This document shows, piece by piece, positions 45,578-55,396 of a stretch of 62,318 nt of DNA. Source of the DNA: an uncultured Holophagales bacterium. Its GTDB lineage: Bacteria; Acidobacteriota; Thermoanaerobaculia; UBA5066. The position numbers and the translations under genes are program-made. The number at the start of each line of letters is the position of its first letter. The first letter of the stretch is position 1. The notes beneath the pieces were generated by a model. The model was not told the DNA's origin, searched no databases, and saw nothing but the letters and a program-made list of their open reading frames with translations. Location: assembly GCA_964384675.1 (NCBI GenBank), contig CAYLNK010000004.1, forward strand, positions 1 to 62,318, written 5' to 3'.

Positions 45578-46711
45578 TCAGAACCAGTACGGCCTCGCGG
45601 CCTCGAGGAGCCGGTCGGCGACCTGCCGGTTCCGATGCGCGATCTCCGCGCGATTCGGGACGAGCGTGGACGGAAGAACGGGGTCGTGGAAGGCCGGGCG
45701 GAACCGCTCCCCGAGGATGCGCTTCCATCGCGTCCGCCAGGCCCGGGGCAGCTCCTCGGGCACGGGGAGGTCGTGCACCAGTAGGTACAGCAGCGTCCAG
45801 ACCAGGGGCGCGGCGCGCAGGGAGTAGCCGCCGCCGAGCGTGAAGAGGACGCGCCCCTTGGTGAACCGATCGGCCCACCCGAGGATGCGCCGGAAGATCG
45901 CCTCGTAGTCCCGCGTCGTCAGCATCAGGTCGGCGAGCTGGTCGTCGAAGTGGGCGTCGGCGCCGGCCTGGACCACGAGCACCGCCGGCTTGAAGTGGTC
46001 GAGGGCGGCCGGCACGACTTGGTCCAGGACCTCCAGGTAGCTCTCCCCCTCGGTCATCGGCTCGAGGGGGACGTTCAGCTTCAGGCCGCGGCCCACGCCG
46101 GAGCCGAGCTCGTGGATCTCGCCGGTACCGGGAAAGAGGTACTTGCCCGACTCGTGCAGGCTGATCGTCATCGCCCGCCGGTCGTCGTAGAGGATCTGCT
46201 GGACGCCGTCGCCGTGATGGACGTCGATGTCGAGGTAGACGACCCAGTGTCCGCGGGCCGTCAGGTACTTGGTGGCGATGGCGAGGTCGTTGTAGACGCA
46301 GAAGCCCGAGGCGGCGTTTCGCCGCGCGTGGTGGAGGCCCCCGCCCATCTGGAGGACGCGCTTGGCCTTCCCTTCGTAGATCAGGCGCGCGCCGTGGAGC
46401 GTGCCGCCGACGTGCGCCCGGGCGGCCTCGTCCATGCCTGAGAAGGCGGGGGTGTCGGGAGTGCCCAGCCCGTACTCCTTGCAGTCCGGGACGGACTGTC
46501 CCTCGCCGAGCGCCTTCACGCGGCGCACGTAGTAGTCGTCGTGCACCGAGAGGAGGTCCTCGGTTCGCGCGAGCTCCGGCTCGACCAGCGCGACGCGGTG
46601 GCCGAGAGCCTCCAGGAGGTCGAGCGCCATCTCGACCCGCAGAGGGCTGAAGGGGTGGTCCTCGCCGAACGAGTACTTCGGGTACGCCGGGTGGAAAACT
46701 ACCGAGGCCAT
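45578..46711 (-). CDS. acuC: AcuC/HDAC-family Zn-dependent protein deacetylase
   Basis: FGEDHPFSPLR, GGLHHA, GFCVYND, DIDVHHGDGVQ, GADAHFDDQL, GGGY. Confidence 0.92.
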   Translation of the reverse strand: MASVVFHPAYPKYSFGEDHPFSPLRVEMALDLLEALGHRVALVEPELARTEDLLSVHDDYYVRRVKALGEGQSVPDCKEYGLGTPDTPAFSGMDEAARAHVGGTLHGARLIYEGKAKRVLQMGGGLHHARRNAASGFCVYNDLAIATKYLTARGHWVVYLDIDVHHGDGVQQILYDDRRAMTISLHESGKYLFPGTGEIHELGSGVGRGLKLNVPLEPMTEGESYLEVLDQVVPAALDHFKPAVLVVQAGADAHFDDQLADLMLTTRDYEAIFRRILGWADRFTKGRVLFTLGGGYSLRAAPLVWTLLYLLVHDLPVPEELPRAWRTRWKRILGERFRPAFHDPVLPSTLVPNRAEIAHRNRQVADRLLEAARPYWF

Positions 46712-47328
46712 GGCTTCTCGGGTGGCCAGAGCACCTCGAAGCCGACCCGGCGAAGGTCCTGGGCGAGGGGGCGGATCTCCATCGAGCCGATGCGCAGCAC
46801 GGCCCGCGCCGTCCGCGAGCTGTCGGGGTAGGTCAGGATCGAATGGATGTTCAGGCCGCGCTCGGCGACGAAGGCGGTGAGCCGCGCCAGCTCTCCCGGG
46901 TGGTCGGCCAGGCGCACCTCGAGGCGGCCCGACGGCTTGTCGACGCCGGTCATCCGGATGAGCGCGTCCAGGAGGTCGAGTCCGGTGATGATGCCGACGA
47001 GGCGCCCGTCCTCCACGATCGGCAGGCAGCCGATCTTCCGCTCGCGCATGGTGCGCGCGGCGTCCTCGACGGGGTCGGCGAGGTCCGCCGTGAGCGGCGA
47101 CCCGCACATCACCTCGGCGACGCGGCTGCCGGGCGGGAACGGCGTCGGCGCGAGGGCGCTCGTGGCGAGGCGCAGGTCCCGGTCCGTGACGACGCCCACC
47201 AGCCGGGTCCCGTCGACGACCGGCAGGTGCCGGATCGCCTTCTCCTGCATGGTCCGGTAGGCGTCCGCGAGCGTGGTGTCCGGCGAGACCGTGACCGCCG
47301 GGCTCCTCAGGATGTCCTTCACCAGCAT
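46699..47328 (-). CDS. acuB: AcuB (tandem CBS + ACT domain)
   Basis: IRHLPVVDG..LVGVVTDRDLR, IGCLPIVEDGRLVGIIT, ACT domain DHPGELARLT..GLNIHSI. Overlaps the acuC start by 13 nt. Confidence 0.9.
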   Translation of the reverse strand: MLVKDILRSPAVTVSPDTTLADAYRTMQEKAIRHLPVVDGTRLVGVVTDRDLRLATSALAPTPFPPGSRVAEVMCGSPLTADLADPVEDAARTMRERKIGCLPIVEDGRLVGIITGLDLLDALIRMTGVDKPSGRLEVRLADHPGELARLTAFVAERGLNIHSILTYPDSSRTARAVLRIGSMEIRPLAQDLRRVGFEVLWPPEKPWPR

Positions 47329-47369
47329 GACCGCCTCGCCTTCCTCCCGTGGTCCGGGGGACCTCGCCG

Positions 47370-49475
47370 TCACTCTTCCTTGCCGAACAGCCTCAGGTCC
47401 TCCGGACCCTCCTTCACCTCCACCTTGGCCGCTCCCTGCACGGCCTGGCGGATCTGCTCGACCACGTCGGGGTTGGCGAGCGTGGTGATGTCCCCGGTGT
47501 CCAGCGTGTTCGAGATCGCCGCGAGGACCCGGCGCATGATCTTCCCCGAGCGCGTCTTGGGCATGTCGGGAACGATGTGCACCTGCTTCGGCCGGGCGAT
47601 CTTCCCGATCATCAGCTCGATCGTCGCGATCACCTTGTCGGTGATCTCCTTGGTGGGCGCGTACCCCGGCTTCAGAGAGATGTAGATCTCCGGGATCCGG
47701 CCCTTGACCTCGTCGACGACGGGCACCACCGCGGCCTCGGCGACCTCCGGCAAGGTGAGGCAGGCCGACTCGAGCTCCTTGGTCCCGAGCCTGTGCCCCG
47801 CCACGTTGATGACGTCGTCGACGCGTCCCAGGATGCGGAAGTAGCCGTCGGCCGCGTGGAGCGCGCCGTCGCCCGCGAAGTACGGCCAGTCCTGCCACCG
47901 CTTGCTCTCCCGGTCCTTGCAGTACTTGGCGTAATACTGGCGCGTGAACCGGTCGCGGTCGCCCCAGATCGTCTGCATGATCCCCGGCCACGGGTTCCGG
48001 ATGCAGAGGTTGCCGGCCCTGCCCGTGCCCGCCTCCATGACCTGCCCCTTCTCGTCGAGGATGACGGGATAGACGCCGGGCATGCCGGGGCCGGCGCTGC
48101 CCGGCTTCATCAGGTCGATCGCGGGCTTGGTGCTGCAGAGGAAGCCGCCCGTCTCGGTCTGCCACCAGGTGTCGACGATGACCGCCTTCCTCTTGCCGAC
48201 GACCTCGAAGTACCACTTCCAGACCTCCGGCTCGATCGGCTCGCCGACGGTCGTCATGTGCTTGAAGCGGTAGTTGTACTTCGCCGGCTCGTCGGGGCCG
48301 GCCTTGCGCAGCATCCGGATCGCGGTGGGCGACGTGTGGAAGATGTTCACGTCCAGGCGTTCGGCGATCCGCCACGGCCTCCCGGCGTCCGGATACGACG
48401 GCGTCCCCTCGAAGATGACCGCCGACGCGCCCACGGCCAGCGGCCCGTAGACGATGTACGAGTGCCCGGTGATCCAGCCGATGTCGGCCATGCACCAGTA
48501 GACGTCCTCGGGGTGGATGTCCTGCACGTACTTGGAGGTCGCGGCGGCGTAGGCCAGGTAGCCCCCGGTCCGGTGCTGGCAGCCTTTCGGCTTGCCGGTG
48601 GTGCCGCTCGTGTACATGAGGAAGAGCGGGGCCTCGGCGTCCATCGGGACCGGCGCGACGCGGGCGCGGCGGTAGTCCTTCAGGATCTCGTCCACGAAGA
48701 AGTCGCGCCCGGTGACCATGGGCGTCGCGGACGTGTATTTCTCGGGGTAGCGCTTCCAGACCAGGACCTTGTCGATCCTCTGGCCTTCCTTCTCCGCGGT
48801 GGCGACGGCGATCTCGGCGCTGGCCTTGTGGTCGATCATCTTCCCGCTGCGGTGATAGCCGTCCATGTAGATGAGGACGCGGCTTCCCGAGTCGGCGGCC
48901 CGCAGGCCGCACGCCTCGCCGCTGAACCCGCCGAACACGACCGAGTGGATCACGCCGAGCCGCGCGCAGGCGAGCATCGTGATCGGCAGCTCCGCCACCA
49001 TCGGCATGTGGATCGTGACCCGGTCGCCGGCCTTCAGGCCCGCGAAGTCGCGGAGGAGGGCCGCGAACTCGTTGACCCGGGCGTACAGCTCCTGGTACGT
49101 CATGGCCACGGGCTCCTCGTCCTCGGGCTCGGGGACGAAGATGATCGCCGCCTTGTTCTTGTACTTCGCCAGGTGGCGGTCGACGCAGTTGTACGAGGCG
49201 TTCAGCTTGCCGCCGACGAACCACTTCCAGAACGGCGGGTCGCTGGTGTCGAGCACCGTGTGCCAGCGCTCGCTCCAGGTGAGGAGCTCCGCGTACTCCT
49301 CGAAGCACTTCGGGAAGTTCGCCTCGGAGAACCTCTCGTTGATCTCCGGGTCGGTGAGGTTCGCCTGCGCGATGAAGGTGACGGGCGCCCGGTAGGAGGT
49401 CTCCTCTTTCCAGTGGACCTCGATCTGGGCCTCGGTCGTCTCGGCGGGCTTCCCTCCGGCGGTTTCTTCGGCCAT
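47370..49475 (-). CDS. acs: Acetyl-CoA synthetase (AMP-forming)
   Basis: WFVGGKLNASYNCVDRH, YTSGTTGKPKG, DTWWQTETGG, PKTRSGKIMRR (acetylatable Lys 47541-47543). SD GAAGGAG before ATG 49475. Confidence 0.95.
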   Translation of the reverse strand: MAEETAGGKPAETTEAQIEVHWKEETSYRAPVTFIAQANLTDPEINERFSEANFPKCFEEYAELLTWSERWHTVLDTSDPPFWKWFVGGKLNASYNCVDRHLAKYKNKAAIIFVPEPEDEEPVAMTYQELYARVNEFAALLRDFAGLKAGDRVTIHMPMVAELPITMLACARLGVIHSVVFGGFSGEACGLRAADSGSRVLIYMDGYHRSGKMIDHKASAEIAVATAEKEGQRIDKVLVWKRYPEKYTSATPMVTGRDFFVDEILKDYRRARVAPVPMDAEAPLFLMYTSGTTGKPKGCQHRTGGYLAYAAATSKYVQDIHPEDVYWCMADIGWITGHSYIVYGPLAVGASAVIFEGTPSYPDAGRPWRIAERLDVNIFHTSPTAIRMLRKAGPDEPAKYNYRFKHMTTVGEPIEPEVWKWYFEVVGKRKAVIVDTWWQTETGGFLCSTKPAIDLMKPGSAGPGMPGVYPVILDEKGQVMEAGTGRAGNLCIRNPWPGIMQTIWGDRDRFTRQYYAKYCKDRESKRWQDWPYFAGDGALHAADGYFRILGRVDDVINVAGHRLGTKELESACLTLPEVAEAAVVPVVDEVKGRIPEIYISLKPGYAPTKEITDKVIATIELMIGKIARPKQVHIVPDMPKTRSGKIMRRVLAAISNTLDTGDITTLANPDVVEQIRQAVQGAAKVEVKEGPEDLRLFGKEE

Positions 49476-49670
49476 GTGCGTCTCCTTCTGAGCTGAGGTT
49501 CGAGAGGCGCGAGATCTCTCGAGGCCCGCGGGACCGTCTCTCCGTCGTCTCGCGACGATGACACCGATGTCTACTCCGAAGAGGCTCCTCTCGCAATCGT
49601 GCGTGTGCGGCATTTCCCGAGGAGGCGATCCGAACGGTGGCCGGCCGAACCCCCGCCGCGCCCGTCCCAG

Positions 49671-49684
49671 GGGCGTTAACGCCC
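49671..49684. promoter_or_regulatory. Perfect 14-bp palindrome in acs/porin divergent intergenic region
   Basis: GGGCGTTAACGCCC. Confidence 0.45.
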
Positions 49685-49842
49685 TGCGCCGAGACGTCGC
49701 CCTCTACCGTGTTTACGCGCATCGCCGAAAGGAACCGCGAATGATGAAGGTGCATCGTGGACCCGTCCGAGCCGTGAGCCGAAGTTACCGGGATGGGTTT
49801 CACGGCTCGTGAAAGCCGTGGAGCGAAAGGAGAGGTTGCCCG

Positions 49843-50973
49843 ATGAGAAGAACGCGACCCCGCTCCCCCGGTACCTTCGCGACCGCCGCCTCGGGGCTCG
49901 CGCTCGCGCTGCTCCTGCCTGCGGGGGACGTCGCCGCGCAGGCCGTGATCAAGGTCAACGACGACGTGAGCTTCAAGCTCGGCTTCCTCCTCCAGGGGCA
50001 GGCGGACTGGCTCGAGGACGCGGCGACCGGCGGCCACACCCAGAACCTCTTCCTGCGGCGCGCCCGGGTGCTGATCGGGGGCAGCGTCGCCAGGAACGTC
50101 TCCTTCTTCTTCGAGACCGACAACCCGAACCTCGGGAAGAACCCGGCCGGCGGCGCGAAGGCGATCTCCACGGGCCTCATCGTCCAGGACGCGTTCGTCT
50201 CCTGGAAGACGCTCGGCACGGACGACCTGATCCTGGACGGCGGCCTCATCCTGACCGGGATCGCCCACAACTCCCTCCAGGGGGCTACCTCGCTGCTCCC
50301 GGTCGACTACGGCGCGTACTCGTTCCTCTTCGGCGCGGCCACGGCCGAGAACAACGTGGTCGGGCGCGACACGGGGTTCCAGGTCCGCGGGTACCCCCTG
50401 GGCAAGCACCTCGAGTACCGGCTCGGCCTCTGGCAGGGCGCCCGGGACTCCGCGAGCCGGCAGTCCTTCCGGACGACGGCGCGCCTCCAGTACAACTTCC
50501 TCGAGGCGGATACCGGCTTCTTCTATTCGGGCACGAGCTTCGGGAAGAAGAAGATCTTCGCCATCGGCGGCGGCCTGGACCTCCAGAAGGACTACACGTC
50601 CTGGGCGGCGGACCTCTACTTCGACCACCCGCTCGGGCCGGGCGCCCTCTCCGCCCAGCTCGACTTCATCCACTACGACGGCGGCAGCTTCCTGAAGACC
50701 GCCGCCGGCGCCCCCAGCCTCCCCAGCCAGACCACCGTCTATGCCGAGGCCGGCTACTACGTCTCCTCGGTCAAGCTGATGCCGTTCTTTACCTACGGCA
50801 GCAAGGACCTCTCGGACGTCGACACGGGTGACGAGACGCGCTGGTCGATCGGCCTCGGGTTCCTCCCGTTCGGCCACAACTTCAACCTCAAGGCGGCCTA
50901 CGGGAAGATCGACCCGAAGAACGCGAAGAGCGTGGATCAGTTCACGATCCAGCTCCAGGCGTTCTATTTCTGA
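49843..50973 (+). CDS. Outer-membrane porin (phosphate-selective porin O/P-like)
   Basis: Signal peptide; FLRRARVLIGG, GRDTG, amphipathic beta-strands, C-terminal FTIQLQAFYF (BAM beta-signal). Confidence 0.8.
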   Translation: MRRTRPRSPGTFATAASGLALALLLPAGDVAAQAVIKVNDDVSFKLGFLLQGQADWLEDAATGGHTQNLFLRRARVLIGGSVARNVSFFFETDNPNLGKNPAGGAKAISTGLIVQDAFVSWKTLGTDDLILDGGLILTGIAHNSLQGATSLLPVDYGAYSFLFGAATAENNVVGRDTGFQVRGYPLGKHLEYRLGLWQGARDSASRQSFRTTARLQYNFLEADTGFFYSGTSFGKKKIFAIGGGLDLQKDYTSWAADLYFDHPLGPGALSAQLDFIHYDGGSFLKTAAGAPSLPSQTTVYAEAGYYVSSVKLMPFFTYGSKDLSDVDTGDETRWSIGLGFLPFGHNFNLKAAYGKIDPKNAKSVDQFTIQLQAFYF

Positions 50974-51055
50974 AGAGAGAGCGGAGAGATCATCGCCGAT
51001 CCGTCCCGGGTCCGCGGACGGGCGTGACGGCGCTGGAAGGAAAGGGGAGGTAGAG

Positions 51056-52690
51056 ATGAGCGATTCGGCAGCCGCCAAGGTCAACGAGTCGGGTATTCCG
51101 ACTCTCACTTCCGCGGAGGAGCGGCGCGTCATCGTCGCCTCCTCCGTCGGGACCGTCTTCGAGTGGTACGACTTCTACCTGTACGCGACGCTGGCGCCCT
51201 TCTTCGCGGCCCTGTTCTTCCCGAAGGGGAACGACACCGCCGCGCTGCTGTCGGCGTTCGCGACTTACGCCGCCGGGTTCCTGGTCCGGCCCTTCGGGGC
51301 GATCTTCTTCGGGCGCATCGGCGACCTGGTGGGGCGGAAGTACACGTTCCTGGTCACGATCGTGGTCATGGGCTCGGCGACCTTCCTCGTCGGCCTGCTG
51401 CCCACGTACGAGAGGGTGGGGATGCTCGCTCCCATCATGCTCGTCACGCTCCGATGCCTCCAGGGCCTCGCGCTCGGCGGCGAGTACGGAGGCGCGGCGA
51501 CGTACGTGGCCGAGCACGCCCCCGACGGCAAGCGCGGCTTCGCGACGAGCTGGATCCAGACCACGGCGACCGTGGGCTTCTTCCTCGCTCTCGTGGTGAT
51601 CGCCACCTGCCGGTCCATGATGACCCCGGATGCGTTCAAGACCTGGGGCTGGCGGGTCCCGTTCGTCCTGTCGATCCTCCTGCTCATGGTCTCGGTCTAC
51701 ATCCGGCTGAAGCTGCAGGAATCCCCGGTCTTCGCGCGGATGAAGCGGCAGGGCAAGGCGTCCCTCTCGCCGCTCATCGACAGCTTCTTCAAGTACCCGA
51801 ACAACAAGTACGTGGCCCTCGCGCTCTTCGGCGCGACCGCGGGCCAGGGCGTCGTCTGGTACACGGGCCAGTTCTACGCGATGTTCTTCCTGACGATCAC
51901 CCTGAAGATGGACTACCTGACGGCCTACATGCTGATCGGGGCGTCGCTCCTCATCGGCACGCCGTTCTTCATCCTCTTCGGCAGCTGGTCCGACAAGATC
52001 GGGCGCCGGAACATCATCCTGCTCGGTTGCCTCATCGCGGCCGTCACGTACTTCCCGCTCTTCAAGGGGCTCACCCACTACGCCAACCCGGCCCTCGAGA
52101 AGTACCAGGCGGCGACCAAGATCAGCGTCGCGGCCACCGAGTGCAACTTCCACATCTTCCCCACCCCGGGCACGAAGTACTCGGATTGCGACAAGGCCCG
52201 GGACGTCCTGACGAAGGCGGGGGTCTCCTACGACCTGCTGCCCCCGGTGCCCGGCTTCAGCGTCGTCACCCGGGTCGGCGACCGTGAGATCCAGGGGTAC
52301 GACGCCACGGCCGAGGCCAGGATCAAGGCCGCCCTGAAGGAGACCGGCCACCCCGGGGACAAGCTCGACAAATCGCAGATCAACTACCCGATGGTGCTGC
52401 TGCTCCTGGTGATCATGGTGATCTACGTGACGATGGTCTACGGGCCGATCGCCGCGTATCTCGTCGAGCTCTTCCCGACGAACATCCGCTACACCTCGAT
52501 GTCGCTTCCGTACCACATCGGCAACGGGTGGTTCGGCGGCATGCTGCCTCTCCTCGCCACGGCCATGGTGGCGGCATCGGGCAACATCTACTACGGCCTC
52601 TGGTATCCGATCGTCGTCTCCGTCATCACCGTGATCATCGGAGGGATCTTCCTGCACGACACCAAGGACGTGAAGTTCCACGAGGTCTGA
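51056..52690 (+). CDS. MFS transporter, metabolite:H+ symporter (MHS) family
   Basis: ASSVGTVFEWYDFY, RPFGAIFFGRIGDLVGRK, QGLALGGEYGGAA, ELFPTNIRYTSMSLPYH. SD GGGGAGG. Confidence 0.93.
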   Translation: MSDSAAAKVNESGIPTLTSAEERRVIVASSVGTVFEWYDFYLYATLAPFFAALFFPKGNDTAALLSAFATYAAGFLVRPFGAIFFGRIGDLVGRKYTFLVTIVVMGSATFLVGLLPTYERVGMLAPIMLVTLRCLQGLALGGEYGGAATYVAEHAPDGKRGFATSWIQTTATVGFFLALVVIATCRSMMTPDAFKTWGWRVPFVLSILLLMVSVYIRLKLQESPVFARMKRQGKASLSPLIDSFFKYPNNKYVALALFGATAGQGVVWYTGQFYAMFFLTITLKMDYLTAYMLIGASLLIGTPFFILFGSWSDKIGRRNIILLGCLIAAVTYFPLFKGLTHYANPALEKYQAATKISVAATECNFHIFPTPGTKYSDCDKARDVLTKAGVSYDLLPPVPGFSVVTRVGDREIQGYDATAEARIKAALKETGHPGDKLDKSQINYPMVLLLLVIMVIYVTMVYGPIAAYLVELFPTNIRYTSMSLPYHIGNGWFGGMLPLLATAMVAASGNIYYGLWYPIVVSVITVIIGGIFLHDTKDVKFHEV

Positions 52691-52767
52691 CGGTCATTCG
52701 CTGAAACCCGAGAAGGGGCGGGACCGTGACGGGCCTGCCCCTTCCCTCTTCCGGAAGGAGGAACACC

Positions 52768-53199
52768 ATGGCGACCCAGATCCTCTACTCCACGGACTTC
52801 TCGGAGATCTCCGCCCACGCGTTCGACGAGGCCGTGAAGCTCGCGAAGCTGATGGGCGCCGAGCTCGTGATCGGTCACGTCCTCCACTTTCCCCCGATGC
52901 TCTCCGACCTCCCCGCGATGACGGAGGAGAAGGAGGACGCCATGCGCCTCTGGTGCACTCACCGGCTCGACGAGCTGGCCGCGCGCGCGGAGGCGGCCGG
53001 AGTGAAGGCGCGGACAGCTCTAAGGGAAGGGGCTCACGCCCACGCCGGAATCACGAAGCTGGCCGAGGAGACGAGCGCCCTGATGATCGTCCTCGGCACG
53101 CACGGGCGGACCGGCCTGTCCAAGCTCGTGCTGGGAAGCGTCGCCGCGCGGGTGATCACCGAGGCGCCGTGTCCGGTCCTGACGGTCCGGGCGACGTAG
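52768..53199 (+). CDS. Universal stress protein
   Basis: ILYSTDFS, MIVLGTHGRTG..LGSVAARVI..APCPVLTV. SD GGAGG. Confidence 0.93.
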   Translation: MATQILYSTDFSEISAHAFDEAVKLAKLMGAELVIGHVLHFPPMLSDLPAMTEEKEDAMRLWCTHRLDELAARAEAAGVKARTALREGAHAHAGITKLAEETSALMIVLGTHGRTGLSKLVLGSVAARVITEAPCPVLTVRAT

Positions 53200-54628
53200 G
53201 CGCCTCGACCCGGCCCGGCCCGGCTTCCTGAGAGGCTCTCGGCGGTCGGACGACCGTCACGGTGCACGGCGCCTTCGCGGCCACCTCCGCCGAGACGCTT
53301 CCCAGGATGTTGCGCAGGGTCGAGCTCGTCCGGGCGCCCATGACCACGTGGTCGACCTGGTTGGACTCGGCGTACTCGAGGATCGCCGACGCCGGATCCG
53401 GCGACTCCAGGACGTGGAACGTGATCCGCGACTCCTCCACGCCGAGCGGCCGCGCCCAGCTCCGGAGCTCGGCGAGCCTCTTCAGGTGCTTGTTCTGCCC
53501 CTCCTCGTCCAGCGTCCGGTCGAGCGCGATCCGGTGGTGCTTGAGGATGTTGACGCACGCGAACCGCGCGCCCGGGAGCCGCTCGAGGCCTCGCTTCACG
53601 GTGTCCAGCAGGGCGTCCGCGAGGGCCTCCGAGCCCTCGGCGAGGTCGATCGCGACCATGACGATCGGGGCCGTCGAGACCGGCGGAGCGGTGGCGTGCT
53701 TCATCACCGGCGCGTCGTCCCATTGCTGGAAGCGGCGGCGGATCGCGACGCTCCACGGGTCCTGCCGCATCCGCTCCGAGCGCGCCGTGAGCTTCACGTC
53801 GTCCGGGTGCGCCAGGTCGAAGGCGAGCTGGGCCGCGGATGGATGCCGCCGGGACGGATCCACCTCCAGGCAGCGCAGGACGACCTCCTGGAGCCACGGC
53901 GGGTAGTCGGGGCGCAGGCGGCGTGGCGGCACCGGGTCGCGCCAGAGCCTCTTGTAGAGCCGGCTCTTCCCTTTCGGGTCGCCGAACGGGCGGACGCCCG
54001 TCGAGAAGAAGTAGAGGAGCACGCCGAGCGCGAAGAGGTCGCTCCGGTGGTCCCGGCGCACGCCGAGGACCTGCTCGGGCGCCATGTACGGGCCCGTGCC
54101 GTACGGCAGGCGGAACTCCTCGGCCATCAGGTCCGGCAGCCGTGCGTGCCGCGCGAGCCCGAAGTCGACGAGGACCGCCTCGTCGGACTGGCGCATCACG
54201 ATGTTGGACGGCTTCACGTCCAGGTGGATCACGTGCTGGAGATGGAGGTCGTGGATGGCGATCGCGACCGTGGTCCCGATCGAGGCGACGTCCTCGTACG
54301 GCAGCGGCAGCCGGCCGAGCAGCGGCAGGAGGGACGGCCCCGGGATCTGCTCCATGACGAGGTAGGGCCGGGTCGCGAAGTCGCCTGCCGCGACGAACCT
54401 CGGGACGTGGATTCCCGAGAGCCTGGGCAGGATCATCTGCTCCATCTCGAAGCTGACGATGGCGGCCGCGTCCATCCCCTCGAGGATGCTCGGCACCTTC
54501 ATCAGGATCGGGAACGTGACGTCGGGGTGCGTCACCTTCCGGAGCGTGGACATGCCTCCCTCGTGGATCAGCTCGCCGACCAGGAAGCCGTCGATCACGT
54601 CCCCGGCCTGGACCCGCTGGCGCGCCAC
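53156..54628 (-). CDS. Hanks-type Ser/Thr protein kinase fused to a C-terminal USP domain
   Basis: LMKVP, HLDVKPSN, DFG, GTGPYMAPE, SDLFALG; USP part VMVAIDL..VVMGART..LGSVSAEV..APCTVTVV. Confidence 0.9.
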   Translation of the reverse strand: MARQRVQAGDVIDGFLVGELIHEGGMSTLRKVTHPDVTFPILMKVPSILEGMDAAAIVSFEMEQMILPRLSGIHVPRFVAAGDFATRPYLVMEQIPGPSLLPLLGRLPLPYEDVASIGTTVAIAIHDLHLQHVIHLDVKPSNIVMRQSDEAVLVDFGLARHARLPDLMAEEFRLPYGTGPYMAPEQVLGVRRDHRSDLFALGVLLYFFSTGVRPFGDPKGKSRLYKRLWRDPVPPRRLRPDYPPWLQEVVLRCLEVDPSRRHPSAAQLAFDLAHPDDVKLTARSERMRQDPWSVAIRRRFQQWDDAPVMKHATAPPVSTAPIVMVAIDLAEGSEALADALLDTVKRGLERLPGARFACVNILKHHRIALDRTLDEEGQNKHLKRLAELRSWARPLGVEESRITFHVLESPDPASAILEYAESNQVDHVVMGARTSSTLRNILGSVSAEVAAKAPCTVTVVRPPRASQEAGPGRVEAPTSPGPSGPDTAPR

Positions 54629-54634
54629 GCTCCG

Positions 54635-55396
54635 TCAGACCCCTTTCCGGAGCCGCTCGGCGAGCCAGGGGGGAAGGCCCGCGGCCAGAACCTTCGCCGC
54701 CGCGGTCTCCACGTCGTACGGGACCCGCATGTAGGTGATCTCGGATCTCTTCGAGTCGAAGAGAGCGTAAGAGGCCGCGGGGTTGCCGTCCCTGGGCTGG
54801 CCCACGGAACCGACCACGGCGAGCCAGCGCCTGTGGGACGTCAGCGGGATCGGGGAGCCGGCCACCGGCCGGAACGTGACCACCTTCCACATCTCGGTGA
54901 CGCTGTCCCAGATCTCCGACATGCTGTACAGCATCGGCTTGTGCACGTGTCCGCAGAACGTGATCCGGGAGGCGGCGGCCCGCATGCTCCGCCTGGCGTC
55001 GTGGGCGTCCGCGACGTAGGTCCAGCTCCGCGGCGAGACGGCGTCGGCGTGGACGAAGAGGCGTCCGTCCTCCTCCAGCGTGGGCGGCAGGCCCGCCAGG
55101 AACGCCCGGTCGGCGGGGCCGAGCTGTCCCTGGGTCCACTCGATCGCGGCCCGCGCCTGGGAGTCCATCGACTCGGCTCGCCCGCCCACGGCCGCGTCGT
55201 GATTGCCGAGGAGGGCGACGTCCCCCGCGGCGACTCTCCGGCGAAGGGTTCCGATCACCCACTCCGGATCGGCGCCGTAGCCCACGTAGTCCCCCAGGAA
55301 GACGGTGCGGCCGACACCGCGGGCGTCCGCGTGGGCGAGGCACGCTTCGAGCGCGCCCCGGTTGGCGTGGATATCCGCCATCAGGGCGATCAGCAT
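54635..55396 (-). CDS. Calcineurin-like metallophosphoesterase
   Basis: ADIHAN, GDYVGYG, GNHD, FVHA, GHVH, GSVGQPRDG. Ends 6 nt before the kinase start. Confidence 0.92.
   Translation of the reverse strand: MLIALMADIHANRGALEACLAHADARGVGRTVFLGDYVGYGADPEWVIGTLRRRVAAGDVALLGNHDAAVGGRAESMDSQARAAIEWTQGQLGPADRAFLAGLPPTLEEDGRLFVHADAVSPRSWTYVADAHDARRSMRAAASRITFCGHVHKPMLYSMSEIWDSVTEMWKVVTFRPVAGSPIPLTSHRRWLAVVGSVGQPRDGNPAASYALFDSKRSEITYMRVPYDVETAAAKVLAAGLPPWLAERLRKGV

Noticed and set aside
46699-51132. 1477-aa ORF that might suggest a giant AcuB fusion
   Set aside because: Only the last 209 aa (ATG 47328, preceded by an SD-like GGAAGG) are CBS-ACT; the rest overlaps acs and the porin out of frame.
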